This document shows positions 7,591 through 9,774 of a stretch of DNA of 9,774 bases, one piece after another (within the stretch, counting starts at the first letter, position 1; the number at the start of each line of letters is the position of its first letter). The notes under the pieces were generated by a model that saw nothing but the letters and a program-made list of their open reading frames with translations, was not told the origin of the DNA and made no database searches. The translations under genes and the position numbers were made by a program. Origin of the DNA: an uncultured archaeon. GTDB lineage: Archaea; Iainarchaeota; Iainarchaeia; Iainarchaeales; CSSED10-239. The DNA is taken from the NCBI GenBank assembly GCA_964468895.1, contig CAYXWT010000029.1:1-9774 (forward strand), read 5' to 3'.

Positions 7591-8223
7591 TTGTTTGAAA
7601 CTAAAGATTTTATTATTAGAAAAATTAAAGGTGATATAAATGAGACTATAATTGAATTTATGTTAAAGGAATTGGGATTTTATGTGATAAAGCTTGGACA
7701 GGAATATAAGGTGGAACCTATTATTCAATTAGAAGATTTTATTAGAGAACAAGGTCTAGATTTTAAAATATTTTTAAAAAATAAAATTAAAGATGGTTTT
7801 GAACAGATAAGAAATCTTCCAGATTTTTTAATTGTAAAAAACGATTTTAGACCTATCCTTTTAGAAGTTAAATATAGGGCTAATGGGTTATATTTTGATA
7901 AATATTATAATCATCCTAAATTAGAGGCACTTTTTTCTTTTTATAACAATTCTTTTCTTTTGCTGACTTGTGGATATACTGATTATTCTAAATCTAAATT
8001 AATTAATTTATTAAAAATTTGTGATACTGATATTAATAGTGTTCTAAAATCTAAGTTTCATATAATTTATAAAATGCCTAATTTAAAGTATATTACTTAT
8101 TGTTCTTTTGAAAATTGGTTTATATCTAAATTTGGTATAAAAGATGATGTTAAAGTTAAAAAAGTTCAATTTATTATTAAAAAATATGAAAAAATTGTGG
8201 ATTTATTTTTAAAAATGAAGTAA
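7591..8223 (+). CDS. PD-(D/E)xK nuclease-fold protein, Hjc-like core (putative Holliday-junction-resolvase relative) with an internal insertion and a C-terminal extension
   Basis: 210-aa track ORF with a TTG start directly after an in-frame TAA. The N-terminal helix KGDINETIIEFMLKELGFYV (Glu18, nt 7642-7644) parallels the archaeal Hjc pattern KG...E.E....L...GF.V. It is followed by LPDFLIV (Asp78, nt 7822-7824) and ILLEVKYR (Glu92 at nt 7864-7866, Lys94 at nt 7870-7872), giving the classic E ... PD ... E-x-K arrangement. The first ATG (nt 7660) would delete the Glu-bearing helix, which supports the upstream non-ATG start. Confidence 0.5.
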   Translation: MFETKDFIIRKIKGDINETIIEFMLKELGFYVIKLGQEYKVEPIIQLEDFIREQGLDFKIFLKNKIKDGFEQIRNLPDFLIVKNDFRPILLEVKYRANGLYFDKYYNHPKLEALFSFYNNSFLLLTCGYTDYSKSKLINLLKICDTDINSVLKSKFHIIYKMPNLKYITYCSFENWFISKFGIKDDVKVKKVQFIIKKYEKIVDLFLKMK

Positions 8224-8225
8224 TA

Positions 8226-8240
8226 TTTATTTTTTAATTT
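8226..8240 (+). terminator. Candidate archaeal oligo-T termination signal downstream of the Hjc-like gene
   Basis: TTTATTTTTTAATTT begins 3 nt after the TAA stop (8221-8223). Archaeal RNA polymerase terminates at oligo-T tracts. Specificity is poor in DNA this AT-rich. Confidence 0.2.
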
Positions 8241-8408
8241 TAGTTATGTTATGAAATAATGTTTATTAGACCTTTATATTTCATTTAAAAGATTTTTTGT
8301 ATCTTTATGGTGATTATTAGCGTTTTTGTAGTTTTTAGATGGTAAAAAACAGTGTATACGCTTTATTTCTAATTTGAAGTTATTTTTGTGCTTTTTTTGG
8401 AGGATCTA

Positions 8409-8416
8409 TTTATAAA
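8409..8416 (+). promoter_or_regulatory. Candidate TATA box for the 23S rRNA gene
   Basis: TTTATAAA is preceded by the purine-containing GGAGGATCTA and lies ~175 nt upstream of the mature 23S 5' region. The same octamer also occurs inside coding sequence in this window, so this is only a positional guess. Confidence 0.2.
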
Positions 8417-8439
8417 CTTTGTGGTTCCTATATTGTTTA

Positions 8440-8466
8440 TTCCATCTAAGTTGTTTTAGATTGGAA
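8440..8466 (+). repeat. Imperfect inverted repeat (hairpin) in the 23S leader
   Basis: TTCCATCTAA (8440-8449) pairs with TTAGATTGGAA (8456-8466): 10 bp with a one-nucleotide bulge (T8461) and the 6-nt loop GTTGTT. It includes 4 G-C pairs, which is unusual for this leader. Confidence 0.5.
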
Positions 8467-8549
8467 TTTGACCGTTTTTTACATTTACGGAATGATTAAG
8501 TAGGTAATTTGTCATCACAAAGCAAGTTTAATTTTAAAGATTTTTACTT

Positions 8550-8573
8550 TTTTTAGATTTTTTAATCTAAAAA
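8550..8573 (+). repeat. Perfect 10-bp inverted repeat (hairpin) immediately upstream of the 23S 5' end
   Basis: TTTTTAGATT (8550-8559), loop TTTT (8560-8563), AATCTAAAAA (8564-8573). It ends ~12 nt before the start of recognisable 23S sequence. Confidence 0.5.
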
Positions 8574-8585
8574 CTTTGATTTTGT

Positions 8586-9774
8586 ACTAAACCAATTAAT
8601 GGATGACTTGGCTTGTAGACCGATGAAGGACGTGGCAAGCTGCGATAAGCTTAGGGTAGGCGCATGCAACCTTTGATCCTAAGATTTCCGAATTATACAG
8701 TTTTTCTGTAGGGTAACCTAGGGAATTGAAGCATCTTAGTACCTAGTGGAAAAGAAAACAAATGTGATTCCGTTAGTAGGGTCGACCGAAAACGGAAGAG
8801 AACAAACCGAATCTTTTATAGTAATATAGAAGACATGTGGGGTTGGTCTATTCACTTCTTAAATATTAAATCGAATTTTTCTGGAATGTTAAACCATAGA
8901 GGGTGATAGTCCCTTAGATATACTATATTTGAGAAGATTTTTAGATCTCAAGAGTACTGCGCGTTGGATATCGCGTAGGAATTTGGCAGACACTTACTGC
9001 TAATTCTAAATATACTACAAGACCGATAGTAAATGAGTACTGTGAAGGAAAGTTGAAAAGTACCCCTAGCGGGGGGTTAAAAGCACCTGAAATTAATTGG
9101 TTACTGCTCGAGTGTGGCCTGAAAGTTATGACGACGATTAGTAAGTGAGATAAAGTAATTTATTGAACGTCAATTGTTTGAACAGGGTTACACTGTCCGT
9201 CACGAAGCACGGGCGAGGGAGTTTATTTTTGTGGCAAGATAAAATGATTACGTCATTGTATCGAAGGGAAACCAATTTTGCGCAAACTTATGTTGAGGCG
9301 AGAGGTGTTAACTGCGCCTTTAGTCACAAGAATATGACCCGAAACCAGATGATAAATGCCTGGGCAAGGTGAAGGCAATCAACTGATTGCTGGAGGCCTG
9401 AAGCGTTGCTAGTCTAACTGCTCGTATGACCTGGGTATAGGACTGATAAGGTAATCTAATCTGGTGATAGCGGGTTCCTATCGAAAAATCTCTAAGGATT
9501 GCCTGGCTGGAGATTAATAATAGGGTAGAGATACTGATTAGAAAGTATTGGGGAGAAATTCTCAGCTTTCTTGTCAAACTCCGAATTTATTATTTTCGTT
9601 GAAAGCTGGAGTAGGGGCTGGTGGGTAAGCTACTAGTCCAAAAGAGGAACAACTCAAACTACGATTAAGGTCCATAAGTGTCATTTAAGTGTTAACTGGA
9701 AAGGAGTATTTATCCCAAGACAATTGGGAGGTTGGCTTAGAAGCAGCCATCCTTTAAAGAGTGCGTAATAGCTC
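8586..9774 (+). rRNA. 23S (LSU) ribosomal RNA, 5' ~1.19 kb (domains I-II), archaeal type; continues beyond the window
   Basis: Universally conserved LSU blocks appear in the correct order. They are GGATGACTTGGC...GATGAAGGACGTGGCAAGCTGCGATAAGC (8601-8650), TTTCCGAAT, GGGAATTGAAGCATCTTAGTACC, GACCGATAGTAAATGAGTACTGTGAAGGAAAGTTGAAAAG (9021-9060), GACCCGAAACC (9336-9346) and GGTTGGCTTAGAAGCAGCCATCCTTTAAAGAGTGCGTAATAGCTC (9730-9774, matching the E. coli block at roughly position 1050-1090). G+C rises sharply relative to all flanking DNA. CGTGGCAAGCTGCGATAAGC matches the archaeal rather than the bacterial version of this block as I recall it. The 5' boundary is uncertain by about 15 nt. Confidence 0.93.

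Noticed and set aside
8224-8585. Search for a tRNA, a 5S rRNA or a small ORF in the 23S upstream spacer
   Set aside because: No T-loop-like GGTTCGAAT or GTTC.A.TC element, no acceptor-stem pairing and no 5S-like blocks occur on either strand. The only ORFs are peptides of 12 codons or fewer (for example ATG at 8308 giving MVIISVFVVFRW) with no supporting signal.
9120-9192. About 60-70 extra nucleotides in the 23S relative to my recollection of E. coli, between the conserved blocks at 9036 and 9336 (300 nt apart here versus roughly 220 in E. coli)
   Set aside because: The extra sequence maps to the helix 25 region, which is known to be longer in archaea than in bacteria and is the root of eukaryotic expansion segment ES7. 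It therefore supports the archaeal call rather than indicating an intron or novel insertion. An Infernal alignment would confirm the placement.
9163-9577. Two track ORFs (9163-9372 + and 9320-9577 -) at the right end of the window
   Set aside because: Both lie inside sequence that aligns block by block with conserved 23S rRNA domains I-II. Their open frames are a by-product of the higher G+C rRNA sequence, not coding regions.
1-9774. Window-wide scan for CRISPR arrays, tandem or interspersed long repeats, transposase, integrase or recombinase genes, toxin-antitoxin pairs and known defence-system domains
   Set aside because: No regularly spaced direct repeats were found. Apart from the 16-mer at 1426 and 1470 and the short leader hairpins, there are no long duplicated segments. 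None of the ORFs shows transposase, integrase, helicase-nuclease or other defence hallmarks apart from the single Hjc-like nuclease. The window looks like core chromosome rather than a mobile or defence island.

Overview
The window is very A+T-rich and tightly packed. It reads as a housekeeping segment from an archaeon, probably a small-genome DPANN-like lineage. The lineage call is an inference from three things: an archaeal/eukaryal-type LeuRS, a Ygr210-type GTPase and archaeal signatures in the 23S 5' domain. In order, the window holds: a PPC/DUF296-like gene truncated at the left edge (-); a divergent PRPP-synthetase-fold gene (-); leuS (+); a basic helical orphan ORF (+); a GtrA-family membrane protein (+); a small signal-peptide protein rich in Gly/Tyr/Asn/Asp with a beta-barrel-like pattern (+); a Ygr210/OLA1-family GTPase (-); an Hjc-like PD-(D/E)xK nuclease-fold protein with a TTG start (+); an AT-rich leader of about 360 nt; and the first ~1.19 kb of a 23S rRNA gene (+) running off the right edge, with no 16S gene or tRNA upstream. 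I found no CRISPR array, transposase, integrase, toxin-antitoxin pair or recognisable defence operon, and no convincing multi-gene novel system. Four single loci deserve a second look: the PRPP-synthetase homologue whose catalytic motifs appear substituted, the outer-membrane-protein-like secreted protein in an archaeal context, the enlarged Hjc-like nuclease next to the unlinked 23S gene, and the two long homopolymer tracts at the 5' end of the GtrA-like gene. Four track ORFs are judged spurious: two antisense ORFs and two ORFs inside the rRNA.
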